Below, piece by piece: positions 1-9,455 of a stretch of DNA of 64,000 nt; positions within the stretch are counted from its first letter, which is position 1; every line of letters begins with the position of its first letter. The stretch spans positions 105,967-169,966 of the IMG/VR virus record IMGVR_UViG_3300047089_000244; one strand, written 5' to 3'. A program made the translations under genes and the position numbers. Below the pieces are notes generated by a model. The model was not told the DNA's origin, ran no database searches, and saw only the letters and a program-made list of their open reading frames with translations. The stretch comes from a virus.

Positions 1-465
1 ATCACTATCACAAGTCAAAACTATAGCATCTTGACCCTCTCCCTTCTCTTTAGATGGGAATGCCTTAATATCCTTGATCGTGACCGCATGTTGGTCTTCT
101 GGCCAACCCTGCTCTTTCTCCGAGAAAACATCACTTGTCTCAGGAGCATAAAGCATCGTGATGTGATATTCCTCAATTGGCTCAAGCTCTGTGCCCTCCG
201 GCCAATCCTGTTCTTCAGCCCAATTATGGATCTCAATGCCGATAGGCTTAGGGATACCAAGCCCTATGTGTAACTCATCCCTCTTAGCGGTCTTGATCGA
301 ATCATTGTTAGGCGTAAGTTTTTTGATACGCCATTCTTCGAGGCGCTCATCTTGAATGGCTTTAACGCGCTGCTCTTGTGGATTGAGAGTGTACGCACGC
401 TCAGATGGTGTCATCTCGATTTCACTCTTATCCCATGCACTTGCCTTGGAGGCTTGAGTCAACAT
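1..465 (-). CDS. 2H phosphoesterase (Acb1/LigT-like) domain protein, truncated by window edge
   Basis: Not in the ORF track. AGGAGG then ATG at 465, open to base 1: MLTQASKASAWDK...SIKTAKRDELHIGLGIP...EEYHITMLYAPE...DAIVLTCDSD. HIT is the first HxT motif; the second would lie outside the window. Confidence 0.6.
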   Translation of the reverse strand, partial: MLTQASKASAWDKSEIEMTPSERAYTLNPQEQRVKAIQDERLEEWRIKKLTPNNDSIKTAKRDELHIGLGIPKPIGIEIHNWAEEQDWPEGTELEPIEEYHITMLYAPETSDVFSEKEQGWPEDQHAVTIKDIKAFPSKEKGEGQDAIVLTCDSD

Positions 466-474
466 GGACGCCTC

Positions 475-1548
475 CTATGTCTTTATAATCCCAGTGCCCA
501 CCAAAAATGGAGGCATGTTTGGATGGGCTTCGCCGCCACCTGTAGCATTTGTCGTTCCGCTATTAGTCAAGATCGCGCCAGCCATCACACCACCTAGTGT
601 ACCGCTCACACTACAAGCGGGTACTCCATTGACACTTCCGGTCGCATTATTGACTCCAGCATTCCCCCAAAGAACCTCCACTTCTCCTGATGGGTCTCTT
701 GTGAGATAGCGTGGGGCAGATTCGGCCGAAAGAGCGTGCGTCATGTAAGACCAACCACCACGATTTTCTGGTGGTTGATGAGTGTGATCTGCGATGACAC
801 CTTTAAGTTCGCCGCTGACGGTACCTGAGACGCTCGCTGAGCCCCCTACAGGCGTCTGCGTGTGCGTATGAGCTTCGGTCTGTCCTGTAGTAAGTTTGAT
901 CGTCTCAGCGCCTTCTTTTGCACCAACAGAGCGCACGGTCAAACCAGGACCGGCACCTGCTCCTACAGTCACACGACCGCGTGTGTCAGGCACATTGAAA
1001 TTCGCCCCTTCACCGCCATATTTGTAGCCAATGACTTTGAACAGACGATTATATTCCGCAGTCGGATAGCTTTTGCCATCTCGCAGGAGATATCCAGCCG
1101 GAGCTACATCACCTCCGAAATCAAGAAAAGCCCCGGTGGGCACCAGAGATTCAAGAACTGATTGGGTGTCATTGAAATTTTCGTCTTTGCGCAGGTCCTT
1201 TCGATAAATGACCCCTTCCCCGACACGAGGGTTTTCAATGCCTCTTCCTGATAGTGTATCCCAGTTGTAAACGGTGGCTGCAATGAAGGGTTTGCCGCCC
1301 GTGACTGTGATCGTATATGCGCCTTCTTCTACCCAACCATTGATCTTGCCATTAGAGTCGGTAGTCGGGACAATAGCTCCCGCTTCTTTCTCAGTACCAT
1401 AGACAGTAACCGCAGATTCACTCGTGCGGCTTTTGATTGTGACTGTCGCGCCTACAACAGGGCGTGAAGCGAATTTACCCGAACTTTCAGGGTTTTCTTC
1501 GAGTGTATCGACAACAAAAGGGATTTGCACTCGGTTAGCTGGCATCAT
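475..1548 (-). CDS. Tail fibre / tail collar domain protein
   Basis: PTGAFLDFGG..AP.GYL..DG..Y..LF.VIG..YGG...FNVPDTRGRV.VG collar motif; C-terminal HPNMPPF. Confidence 0.85.
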   Translation of the reverse strand: MMPANRVQIPFVVDTLEENPESSGKFASRPVVGATVTIKSRTSESAVTVYGTEKEAGAIVPTTDSNGKINGWVEEGAYTITVTGGKPFIAATVYNWDTLSGRGIENPRVGEGVIYRKDLRKDENFNDTQSVLESLVPTGAFLDFGGDVAPAGYLLRDGKSYPTAEYNRLFKVIGYKYGGEGANFNVPDTRGRVTVGAGAGPGLTVRSVGAKEGAETIKLTTGQTEAHTHTQTPVGGSASVSGTVSGELKGVIADHTHQPPENRGGWSYMTHALSAESAPRYLTRDPSGEVEVLWGNAGVNNATGSVNGVPACSVSGTLGGVMAGAILTNSGTTNATGGGEAHPNMPPFLVGTGIIKT

Positions 1549-1582
1549 CTATTACTTCAACGGACGACACTGATTTTCTTAT

Positions 1583-2071
1583 TTACGGCAGATGCACCAC
1601 AATCTTTTCAATTAGCTTACCCGCCGGACCTTCTGGACCGAGCGGTCCTTGAGGTCCGATACCACCACGTAATCCCGGTGGTCCAGGAATCCCCGCTGGA
1701 CCCCGTGGTCCAGGAATACCTACCCCTACGCCGCTCGGCCCACGAGGACCTGGTGCTCCTGTAGCTCCAGGAGGCCCAGAAACGCCCCGTGCGCCCCTGA
1801 TTGATTGTCCTGCGGGTCCTCGCGCACCTTGAAATCCTTGAGGTCCCTGAGGCCCTCGTGGACCGCGTATCCCGACAATCGTTACATGATTGGTCTTGTT
1901 ATGAATGATCGGCTGGACGACCTTTGTGATCTTTTCAACATGCTCAATGCGAGTCTGAAGATTGTGACGTGCAGATATATCGCCTTCTAGCTTAGCAAAG
2001 GTGAGGCCAGCAATCAATGTTAGAATGGCGATGCTTGCCACGATGAATTGACGAAAACGTTTCTCGGTCAT
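1583..2071 (-). CDS. Membrane-anchored collagen-like (Gly-X-Y) protein
   Basis: N-terminal TM helix, long GXY run. Confidence 0.75.
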   Translation of the reverse strand: MTEKRFRQFIVASIAILTLIAGLTFAKLEGDISARHNLQTRIEHVEKITKVVQPIIHNKTNHVTIVGIRGPRGPQGPQGFQGARGPAGQSIRGARGVSGPPGATGAPGPRGPSGVGVGIPGPRGPAGIPGPPGLRGGIGPQGPLGPEGPAGKLIEKIVVHLP

Positions 2072-2247
2072 AATTCCACAAGGTTCTGATCTCCGTTAGC
2101 TAGAGCATATCGAAGAGCATCATGAATCCGGCGATCTTGCTCACTAGCTGTAAGTGCTGCTACTTCAAGCAAACGATACCAATCCTCCATATGCAAAGAT
2201 ACAGTCCTAATACTATGCCCGTTGCTGTACTGGATAATTGTCATTGC

Positions 2248-2556
2248 TTACCCACATGAGTCGCGTTGTACTTTTTCGAGTTGCCGAAGATTAAATTTTT
2301 CATGCAAAGTGCCCTCATGAATGAGCTTTATTAGCTCCTTGTGTGACAAACCAGGGAAGCTGATTTTGGCGATTATCTTTTGCGCCTCGGGGCTAGCAGC
2401 ACGCGCTACGCTTTCTCGATTGATCGCAGCGATCACCTTGATGTTGGAACAGGTGTTAGATTGCCCCGATTTGATTTCAGCAAATCCCCATCCTACGATG
2501 AGGGAGAAAACTACCACACCGATTACGAAGAAATAGCGAAATCCCCTATTGGTCAT
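2248..2556 (-). CDS. Hypothetical membrane protein
   Basis: Start reassigned to MTNRGF (GGAG upstream); N-terminal TM helix. Confidence 0.55.
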   Translation of the reverse strand: MTNRGFRYFFVIGVVVFSLIVGWGFAEIKSGQSNTCSNIKVIAAINRESVARAASPEAQKIIAKISFPGLSHKELIKLIHEGTLHEKFNLRQLEKVQRDSCG

Positions 2557-2626
2557 GAGTCTCCCTAATGAATAGCGAGGACGAGATAGGTGAAAACAGT
2601 GCCAAATGTACAACCCATTGCAAGCC

Positions 2627-2917
2627 CTATTGTATGGGTCCAGTTTTGGACGAATCGGTCGTATTTGTTCTTGAATCGTCGGAGGAATCTTGGTCCGGAA
2701 GGGGGACGCCAAGCATTCCCAGGATCAACCTTACGAACGGATTCGTGCCATCCTTCTTGTCCCCCCGCATGAACGGGACGCTGAAGATTAGGAAAAGCCC
2801 CAGGAAGATCAAAATGGGCTGGGCCGACACTACTAGAAACGCTTGCCACACCAAGATCCCTACGCCGAGTGCTAGCAAGAGCCCGTCCCTGAAGATCGCT
2901 GTTATTCTTTGTTTCAT
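2627..2917 (-). CDS. Small two-TM membrane protein (holin-like)
   Basis: Two hydrophobic helices and a polar tail. Confidence 0.5.
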   Translation of the reverse strand: MKQRITAIFRDGLLLALGVGILVWQAFLVVSAQPILIFLGLFLIFSVPFMRGDKKDGTNPFVRLILGMLGVPLPDQDSSDDSRTNTTDSSKTGPIQ

Positions 2918-2990
2918 TCATTGTTCAAAGAAGACAGGAGGGACACCATTTCATGTATTATCCCAACGTACCACCTTTTTTTGAAGTTCT

Positions 2991-3614
2991 CTAGTGGATG
3001 ATCACGGGTGTTCCAGCTTCCAAATGCCACGCGAGCCATGTAATCGCAGCATTTTCAAAGCGAATACAGCCATGAGAAGAAGCTGTTCCAATAGGTTCCG
3101 GTAGTCCTTCGCGACCATGTAAAGCAACCTGACCAGGACCTCCATCAAATTCAGTCAACACATTCGAGTAAGCCGAGGTAGCGAGCGCATAAGGTCCGGT
3201 CACTTCGCCGCGCTCAGACATGATCTCGGTTACGAAGAAATTTCCAGTGGGAGTAGGCAAACGCGGTCTTCCTACCACCACACGGTATGAGCGCAAAAGC
3301 TTGCCGCGCAAAAAAATGTGCGCCTTTCTTTGCGTTCGATTGATATAGACGGCCCATGGAGTAGTGCTAAGAGTAGTGCTAATGGCGCTAATCCATCCGG
3401 TCGCTCCATCGGGCCTGTAAGGCAGTCTAACGCGATACCAGCCATCTCGAATCGAGATGATAGGCAGCACGGTCGGCTCGCCTGTAGCTGGCTCTGTAGA
3501 CCGCACAGCACTCACGAGACGCCCACCGGGACTTGCATGAACCGGAGTGGTTCGATGCAAGCCCACAGTGGGAGTACTCGCAATAACGCTCGAAATGATG
3601 AGCGCTTTGATCAC
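2991..3614 (-). CDS. L,D-transpeptidase (YkuD family), exported
   Basis: VVVG...PTPTG.F and catalytic ALHG-x-GTASSHGCIR motif; N-terminal signal-like segment. Confidence 0.9.
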   Translation of the reverse strand: MIKALIISSVIASTPTVGLHRTTPVHASPGGRLVSAVRSTEPATGEPTVLPIISIRDGWYRVRLPYRPDGATGWISAISTTLSTTPWAVYINRTQRKAHIFLRGKLLRSYRVVVGRPRLPTPTGNFFVTEIMSERGEVTGPYALATSAYSNVLTEFDGGPGQVALHGREGLPEPIGTASSHGCIRFENAAITWLAWHLEAGTPVIIH

Positions 3615-3618
3615 TTGA

Positions 3619-4689
3619 CTAGCCGGTTACGGCTGCTTTGTGATGGACTACATGATGGTGCTTCTTGTGCTTCACAGGTGCCTTGCCTTTGTACGGCGCA
3701 GCAGTCTGCACGATTGGTCCCTGCGGACCTACCGCTCCTGCTACTCCAGCCACTCCAGCTACGCCTGCGACTCCGGTTGTTCCGGGGTTACCTACGGGAC
3801 CTTGAGGTCCTACGGGTCCTACGGAACCTTCAGGACCAGCGGGACCAGTGGGACCCGTCGCTCCAGTTGCGCCAGTGGGACCAACGCAAGTCGGGACGAC
3901 GAACTGCTCATCGAACTGCGGAACTGGCAGCCCGAGACAGTCATAGCCGACACCGTTTGTGCCGTTGGTTCCATTGGTGCCATCGGTACCATTCGTACCG
4001 GAAGCCCCTTCGGCTCCAGTCGCACCTGTGTCGCCCTTAGCGCCTTCTTTTCCTTCAGCGCCAGGTTCGCCATTCAGGCCATTGACGCCTTCTTTGCCTT
4101 CTTTGCCTTCGGCACCAGTCGCGCCGGTCGCTCCAGTTTCACCTGTGCATTTCGGCTGTTCCTCGAAGAAGAACGAGGGGAGGCCGGTGCAGTTAAACCC
4201 AATACCTTCGGGTCCAGATTCACCTTTGGTTCCTGCGGGACCTTCAGGTCCAGTCGGACCTGCGGGACCTTCGGGACCCGTCGCCCCTGTGTCTCCTGCG
4301 GGGCCTTCCTTACCTGCGGGGCCTTCTGATCCTGTAGCTCCAGTTTCGCCTGAGTCACCCTTGGGTCCCTGCGGACCTTCGGTACCAGGGTCGCCCTTGG
4401 GACCTTGAGGTCCTTCTGGTGCAGGAGCACAAGCGGGCTCAACCCACTTGACAGCACCATGGCTGTTGTCGCCATGGCCCTCTCGGTACAGCACGATCCC
4501 GACCGCTGCTTCGCCCTTGCCACAGAGATTTTCGAACTTCTGATCTCCAGGGTTCAGGTGGTCAGGTTTTTCATTGATTTCTTGTTCCGTGACTTCGGCA
4601 CCAGGGGTGTCGGTTACGGTGGCCATCGCAGGACTAGCGCTGAACGCCAATGCTCCGATAGCCATGAATCCTACGATGTACTTCTTCAT
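3619..4689 (-). CDS. Secreted collagen-like protein
   Basis: Signal peptide (A-M-A), long GXY tracts with two Cys-bracketed interruptions, K/H-rich tail ending AAVTG. Confidence 0.85.
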   Translation of the reverse strand: MKKYIVGFMAIGALAFSASPAMATVTDTPGAEVTEQEINEKPDHLNPGDQKFENLCGKGEAAVGIVLYREGHGDNSHGAVKWVEPACAPAPEGPQGPKGDPGTEGPQGPKGDSGETGATGSEGPAGKEGPAGDTGATGPEGPAGPTGPEGPAGTKGESGPEGIGFNCTGLPSFFFEEQPKCTGETGATGATGAEGKEGKEGVNGLNGEPGAEGKEGAKGDTGATGAEGASGTNGTDGTNGTNGTNGVGYDCLGLPVPQFDEQFVVPTCVGPTGATGATGPTGPAGPEGSVGPVGPQGPVGNPGTTGVAGVAGVAGVAGAVGPQGPIVQTAAPYKGKAPVKHKKHHHVVHHKAAVTG

Positions 4690-4732
4690 GCCAACCTTTC
4701 GGTTTGGGATTAGAATGTACTACTTTCCAGCC

Positions 4733-4761
4733 AATATAGCTGACATTGGCAAGCTTGTCAA
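4733..4761 (-). promoter_or_regulatory. Sigma70/SigA-type promoter for collagen-LDT pair
   Basis: TTGACA-N17-TATATT. Confidence 0.7.
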
Positions 4762-4834
4762 GGATGCTGTAGGCGATGCCACCAGCAAAGCACGAGAGCA
4801 TCAATCAGAAGCCAAATAGCTATGCCATCCAGGA

Positions 4835-5080
4835 TCATGATTCCTCCTCCGGCTCGTAGAATTCGAGAAGGATTGCCTCGCCATCGTCTACGATCTCAGT
4901 GTGGACCTTGAGGCCATAGCTTTTGGCCGTGCGGTGCGCACCGACCCTGAAAGACTTAGGTTGGCCATTAAAGTCCTCGCCTTTGAAAAGCTTATGGATC
5001 TCGCCGTCCATCCACGTCTCCCATGGATAGATGGGAGGTCGGCCTTGACGACCTGCAAAGCTGTCTACGACTTCGCTCAT
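4835..5080 (-). CDS. Hypothetical protein
   Basis: ORF with RBS, overlapping upstream stop; GRPPIYPW motif. Confidence 0.65.
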   Translation of the reverse strand: MSEVVDSFAGRQGRPPIYPWETWMDGEIHKLFKGEDFNGQPKSFRVGAHRTAKSYGLKVHTEIVDDGEAILLEFYEPEEES

Positions 5081-5376
5081 CGTTTCCCTTTCCCCACGAG
5101 CAAATGAATACGATCAGCTTGACTCAGACCCTCGGGAGCAGGAACATGGTGCTGGTCAAGGGCAGCCTGAACATCCTGCATTGCATACGCGCTATCGTTT
5201 CTTAACGTATGAAGAAGACGGATCAAGTTTGTGCCACTAATCTGAAACTCTGCGGGCCATCCGATGTTCAGTTCGTTCGATCCATACCAGATCGCTCCCT
5301 CATAAAACTTCTCCTTCATGAGATCCATCGATAGTTCCTCGCCCTCATGTACAATCGTTGTGTTTCTCTCGCTCAT
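5077..5376 (-). CDS. Hypothetical protein
   Basis: Coupled ORF in minus-strand run. Confidence 0.6.
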   Translation of the reverse strand: MSERNTTIVHEGEELSMDLMKEKFYEGAIWYGSNELNIGWPAEFQISGTNLIRLLHTLRNDSAYAMQDVQAALDQHHVPAPEGLSQADRIHLLVGKGKR

Positions 5377-5789
5377 GAGGTGTATGGCTCCTTTAACTTT
5401 TGCTTGATGTCATTCCAAACATGCCCCGCGTAGGTCTTGATCGCGCTCTCCAGTATCAATGCCCGGTTTTGCCATGAGTCAAGAAGCTGAGCCGCTATCT
5501 GAAGGTTCTCTTCGAAAATCCCACGCTCTTTTCCATGCTCTTGTTCAGTTTCAAGCAAAACGCCCATCATATCTTCGAAGAGAGACTCCCACTTGTCCGA
5601 TCTGGCCTCTGCTCGTTCAAGCTTGACTTCGAGCATCTCGCGCGTGGCTAGTGCATCGATGGATACATAGTTGAGATTGGCCTCAACCTCCATGCGTGCT
5701 TGCTCATCGGGCCGTACGGGACGTGGCGACGCGCACCAGCACTGTGGATCGTTACATGGCATCCGGGTGATTGGGTCAGATTCAGGCAC
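5373..5789 (-). CDS. Hypothetical coiled-coil protein
   Basis: Coupled ORF. Confidence 0.6.
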   Translation of the reverse strand: MPESDPITRMPCNDPQCWCASPRPVRPDEQARMEVEANLNYVSIDALATREMLEVKLERAEARSDKWESLFEDMMGVLLETEQEHGKERGIFEENLQIAAQLLDSWQNRALILESAIKTYAGHVWNDIKQKLKEPYTS

Positions 5790-6144
5790 GGGGACCTACA
5801 CAGAAGGGGCAGCTAGGGTCGTCACACTCGGGAATGCCTTTCCGGTCAAAGTAAGAACGCAGACCAGGCATATCATCCAAGCTCGGTGGTTCGTGCCAAG
5901 ACTCGCTGATCCAAGCTGCGCCCGTAGTAGCCTCATCGAAGTAAGGATCATCATCGATATTGACGCTCGGTTGCTGCACCGGACGAATAGGGAAGAGATC
6001 AAGCACGCGCGGATCATCATCGAGCACGAGATCCACGATCTCCTCCCACCAAGGATGATTGGAGTCCGCCTCGTAAGGTACACCGTCGAAGAGAACGAGG
6101 ATGCTCTTGGTGCCGATGTCGGGATGAGTGAGTGTGAATTCCAT
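5782..6144 (-). CDS. Hypothetical protein
   Basis: Start MEFTL 8 nt after TGCTACACT. Confidence 0.55.
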   Translation of the reverse strand: MEFTLTHPDIGTKSILVLFDGVPYEADSNHPWWEEIVDLVLDDDPRVLDLFPIRPVQQPSVNIDDDPYFDEATTGAAWISESWHEPPSLDDMPGLRSYFDRKGIPECDDPSCPFCVGPRA

Positions 6145-6163
6145 AGCTGCACAGTGTAGCAGA

Positions 6164-6850
6164 TTATCGCTCGGTATCTCGCACACTCCGGAGAAACTGT
6201 GCGCGCACGCTCTCCTGGCGGCCTGTTCCATCCCACTTCACGATGTATAGCGCGGGCTGAACCTCAACGATCTCTCCAATGTTGCCGCCGCCGTACCATT
6301 CGACACGATCGTTGACACCCATTTTCGGTGGGTCGTCCGGTCGCTTGCGCTCATAAGGACCCTCTCCCCATACCATCTCCTCCTCTGGTCGCTCGGTGTC
6401 CTCACCGATACTCTTCACGGCCTCAACCAGCTTCTCCATCTGCGGATCGCGCCGCTCCGGCAACGCTTCGTGACCATGTAGCGGGCACTCACGATTGACC
6501 ATGCTGCGATCCCAGCCGATCATCCCCTCGGGCGGGTGCTGGCAAGTACATGTCTCGTCTGTCTGTCGCTCGGTGTCCTCACGGGCGACGAGGCGGCGGT
6601 TGATCGTGACAGTTCCACAGATTGCACACTTAGCGCGGCCCAAATCTGAATCCGGTGCAACCGCGAACTCGTGTCCCTGTGCGCAAATAAAGAACGCCCA
6701 ATCTCCCTGTGGCTTCTCACTGGCAGTGAGAGCGGCCATATAGCCAGCTTCGAAGGGGGATCTGCTCGTCCCGAGAACAGGTAAATCTTTTCTGGCAATA
6801 ATGAACGCAGCCTCCATAGCCTCGCGCTCTTGACCGTCGAGATCAGTCAT
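6164..6850 (-). CDS. Modular hypothetical protein with repeated (ARE)DTER linkers
   Basis: Starts MTDLDGQEREA; three DTER motifs, the last at the stop; Cys/His mini-modules. Confidence 0.7.
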   Translation of the reverse strand: MTDLDGQEREAMEAAFIIARKDLPVLGTSRSPFEAGYMAALTASEKPQGDWAFFICAQGHEFAVAPDSDLGRAKCAICGTVTINRRLVAREDTERQTDETCTCQHPPEGMIGWDRSMVNRECPLHGHEALPERRDPQMEKLVEAVKSIGEDTERPEEEMVWGEGPYERKRPDDPPKMGVNDRVEWYGGGNIGEIVEVQPALYIVKWDGTGRQESVRAQFLRSVRDTER

Positions 6851-7698
6851 GGTCGCTGCTTCCTAATACGCAGGCCAGAATGCACATGGCAAATAGAAAG
6901 CATGTAAAACCAATTGATATAGCAGCTATATCACTCATCGCTCGGTGTCCTCACAGGCAGCGGCTAACTTGTCAAAAGCGTCTGCTATCGCCGCCTCAAA
7001 ACGATAAGTGCTGCTAACAGGATTCCAGCCCGTTAGCTCTCCGATCAGCTTCTCATGCGGTCGCATACGCTCCCAGAACCACTTCATCCGGGCATGGGGT
7101 GTCCCGTCGCCAATCGCACCTACCTCCTCGCGATCGGCCGTCCCCGGCCAATAGCCCGGCTTCGGTTGCGGCTCTTCACGGGCAGCACGTAGAGCATCCC
7201 CCAATTGGGCCATTTTGATCAGAAGGTTATCTGCGCGCTCCTGTTCGCGTTCAACACGTGCTTCCGATGCCAGGAGTTTGTCCCGCAAATCTACAATGGC
7301 GTCGTGCTGGGCTTGCCGCGTCTCGCTCGGCTCGCCCTTGTCCGGCTCCTGCTCGGTGTCCTGTGCGAACGGCGTTTGACCAACGGCAATAAGCAGAAAC
7401 TCCTCAGACCACGATGCTTCGGAGATGGGATCGCCCTCCCATGACAACTTATAACCACCACTCTTACCTGAGCTATAGATAGCTGCGATACGCCGAAACC
7501 GGTTCGTATCGAAGTCGAGTGCCTTGTCACCAGGCTTGGCGTCCTCTTGTCGAACCCACTGGACAATCAAGCCGTCTGGTCGCTCGGTACCCCGCACGAC
7601 CTTCCTACAGGGCTCCCCGGCCCCCGCACCACACGCGTCGCAGTCGCCACCAAGGCCACAGCGTGGGCGCTCCGGGCGCTCGGTGTCCTCACGGGCAG
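6168..7698. repeat. Seven dispersed in-frame repeats, consensus cgctcggtgtcctcacgggc
   Basis: Copies at 6168, 6390, 6567, 6939, 7351, 7581 and 7677. Confidence 0.85.
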
Positions 7699-7945
7699 CG
7701 AGACGGCCTTCTAGCTTCTCGACCTCCTCCTCCAATTGGCCGATTTGTGCGTTGGCTATTCCCTGGCTCTCAATGAGCGACTGCATACGACCGCGTTGCT
7801 CCTCACGAGCAGCGAGAGTGGCCTTAGCTATTTGCTTCGGCTGATCGCCGGGTGTTGGACGTGCTCGATCGTATAACGCAACGATATTTTCTAATGCCTC
7901 CCACGGCCCCAGTGCCTCGCGCTCTTGATTGTTGAAATCAGACAT
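6935..7945 (-). CDS. Modular hypothetical protein, paralog of 6164-6850
   Basis: Starts MSDFNNQEREA; AAREEQ, AAREDTERP, GTERP, DTEQ, AAREEPQ and EDTER-stop. Confidence 0.7.
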   Translation of the reverse strand: MSDFNNQEREALGPWEALENIVALYDRARPTPGDQPKQIAKATLAAREEQRGRMQSLIESQGIANAQIGQLEEEVEKLEGRLAAREDTERPERPRCGLGGDCDACGAGAGEPCRKVVRGTERPDGLIVQWVRQEDAKPGDKALDFDTNRFRRIAAIYSSGKSGGYKLSWEGDPISEASWSEEFLLIAVGQTPFAQDTEQEPDKGEPSETRQAQHDAIVDLRDKLLASEARVEREQERADNLLIKMAQLGDALRAAREEPQPKPGYWPGTADREEVGAIGDGTPHARMKWFWERMRPHEKLIGELTGWNPVSSTYRFEAAIADAFDKLAAACEDTER

Positions 7946-8148
7946 CAGCAATCAACCGTAATGTCCAGGTGGATACGATCGCCCTCTTCAGTCAGCGGCG
8001 TCACAGTGTAGTGATCCGGGTTGCCGCCTTTTGGGGTTTGGTACTCGCCCCAACCCATCCAGTTGAAAGCTTTGCGCTTCGCCGCCTCTCGATCGCTCGC
8101 ATAGGTCAAGACGTGGCTATTATCTTGCTCTACCATGAAGAGGATCAT
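7945..8148 (-). CDS. Hypothetical protein
   Basis: GGAGG RBS; coupled ORF. Confidence 0.6.
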   Translation of the reverse strand: MILFMVEQDNSHVLTYASDREAAKRKAFNWMGWGEYQTPKGGNPDHYTVTPLTEEGDRIHLDITVDC

Positions 8149-8346
8149 AGCGGCCTCCCTGTCGGCGAGACATCTCTTACGCGCACAACAGCCACAACCT
8201 CAGTCCCAACATAGGCGTTGTATGCCTGAGGAAGTTCGCGCATGAGTTCGAGGCGTTTCTCCATCGACATACCATGAAAGAGTCTAGCAAGTAACTGCTC
8301 CTTGTGAAACTCGGTGGGTTTAAGGCGATCCATCGATCTCGGCCTC

Positions 8347-8622
8347 CTATTCGGTAGGGTCAATCCAGACCCGGTTGTAGTCGCACCAGTCGTACAGGCC
8401 ATTCTTCACGAGGTCGTAGTACTCATCGTTATCGACCTCGGCGAACTCATCAAGGATTTCGACCAGATCCTCATCAAGCTTAGGCTCGCGCAGGTAGGGC
8501 GCGAGTTTGCGCCGCAGGATCTTGACCACATGATCGCGCATGTGCTCAAAGGTGATCTCCGCGTCGTTGTAGCGATCCTGCAACGTCGCGATGCCCTTGA
8601 TTACGATCTTCCACTCCGGCAT
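8347..8622 (-). CDS. Hypothetical protein
   Basis: Acidic ORF with RBS, ends LYDWCD.NRVWI. Confidence 0.65.
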   Translation of the reverse strand: MPEWKIVIKGIATLQDRYNDAEITFEHMRDHVVKILRRKLAPYLREPKLDEDLVEILDEFAEVDNDEYYDLVKNGLYDWCDYNRVWIDPTE

Positions 8623-8882
8623 TAGTGTCGTCCCTCCCCTAACATTGCGTCATAGGTTAGCATTTGCACAGGCTGAGCGATGATGTCGTTTAGCGTTTCC
8701 ATCCAGTCAGCTTGATCATCCTTGCCGACGACCATGCCGATGAGATTGAATGTCTCCATCTGCTCCACGTAGTCTATGCGCATCTCCTGCTGGAGGCGAG
8801 CAACGGGCGCGTTGTCCCAATTGATGGGCTGTCCGCTGACCTCGCGAGCCAGTTTGTAGAGTGGGTGTGTGCGATAGGTCAT
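8622..8882 (-). CDS. Hypothetical protein
   Basis: Coupled ORF. Confidence 0.55.
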   Translation of the reverse strand: MTYRTHPLYKLAREVSGQPINWDNAPVARLQQEMRIDYVEQMETFNLIGMVVGKDDQADWMETLNDIIAQPVQMLTYDAMLGEGRH

Positions 8883-9099
8883 CGATCCGCCTGCATTTCT
8901 GCGATCTCCACATCGAAGGCGGCGATAGCATCGATCCTTGGCGTTGCTTCGCTCATCATGAGCGAGGCCAGGGCACGTCGGTTACGGAAGGCGTCAAGCT
9001 GCTGATCTGCGTTCGCTATAGCCTCACATAGATCATTGTAACTTACAGCACTCATCGCGGTATTCCAATCTGGTCGAGGTCGCGGCTGGTCATAGATGT

Positions 9100-9129
9100 A
9101 GTCTATCAGAAGTCGTTAGCGTATGTCAA
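9100..9129 (-). promoter_or_regulatory. SigA-type promoter
   Basis: TTGACA-N18-TAGACT with extended TG; ATG 6 nt downstream. Confidence 0.65.
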
Positions 9130-9455
9130 GCGCCACAGCATCTCTTGTGCTTTTTGCCACTACCGCATGCGCACGGATCATTACGCCCTTGCTTGGCTAC
9201 AGCCTGACGGCGAGGAATGATAAGACTGCGTAGATAGATGGGATAGCGAAGCTCGCGCTCACGAAAGTCGATCTCATCACCAAATCCTTCGCACTTCGGG
9301 CACCATGTCTGAGCCTCGCCGCCAGAGAAGACCGGAGAGCCTTCCCAACCGCAGTCTATGGCGCAGCAACGAGCGATGCCATCATTGTGCCGATCCCACT
9401 CATCAAGATCAAGCATTCCGCGCTCTTGCTCAAGCTCCTCAGCGATCATAAACAA
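9126..9455 (-). CDS. SEC-C motif protein
   Basis: C-terminal GRNDPCACGSGKKHKRCCG plus an internal Zn ribbon. Confidence 0.8.
   Translation of the reverse strand: MFMIAEELEQERGMLDLDEWDRHNDGIARCCAIDCGWEGSPVFSGGEAQTWCPKCEGFGDEIDFRERELRYPIYLRSLIIPRRQAVAKQGRNDPCACGSGKKHKRCCGA

Noticed and set aside
3640-4523. Alternative-frame and antisense ORFs over the collagen gene; GXY DNA repeats as a repeat element
   Set aside because: Shadow ORFs and periodicity caused by GXY codons
6168-7698. CRISPR array
   Set aside because: Repeats are degenerate, spacers are 100-400 bp and coding in frame, and no cas genes are present
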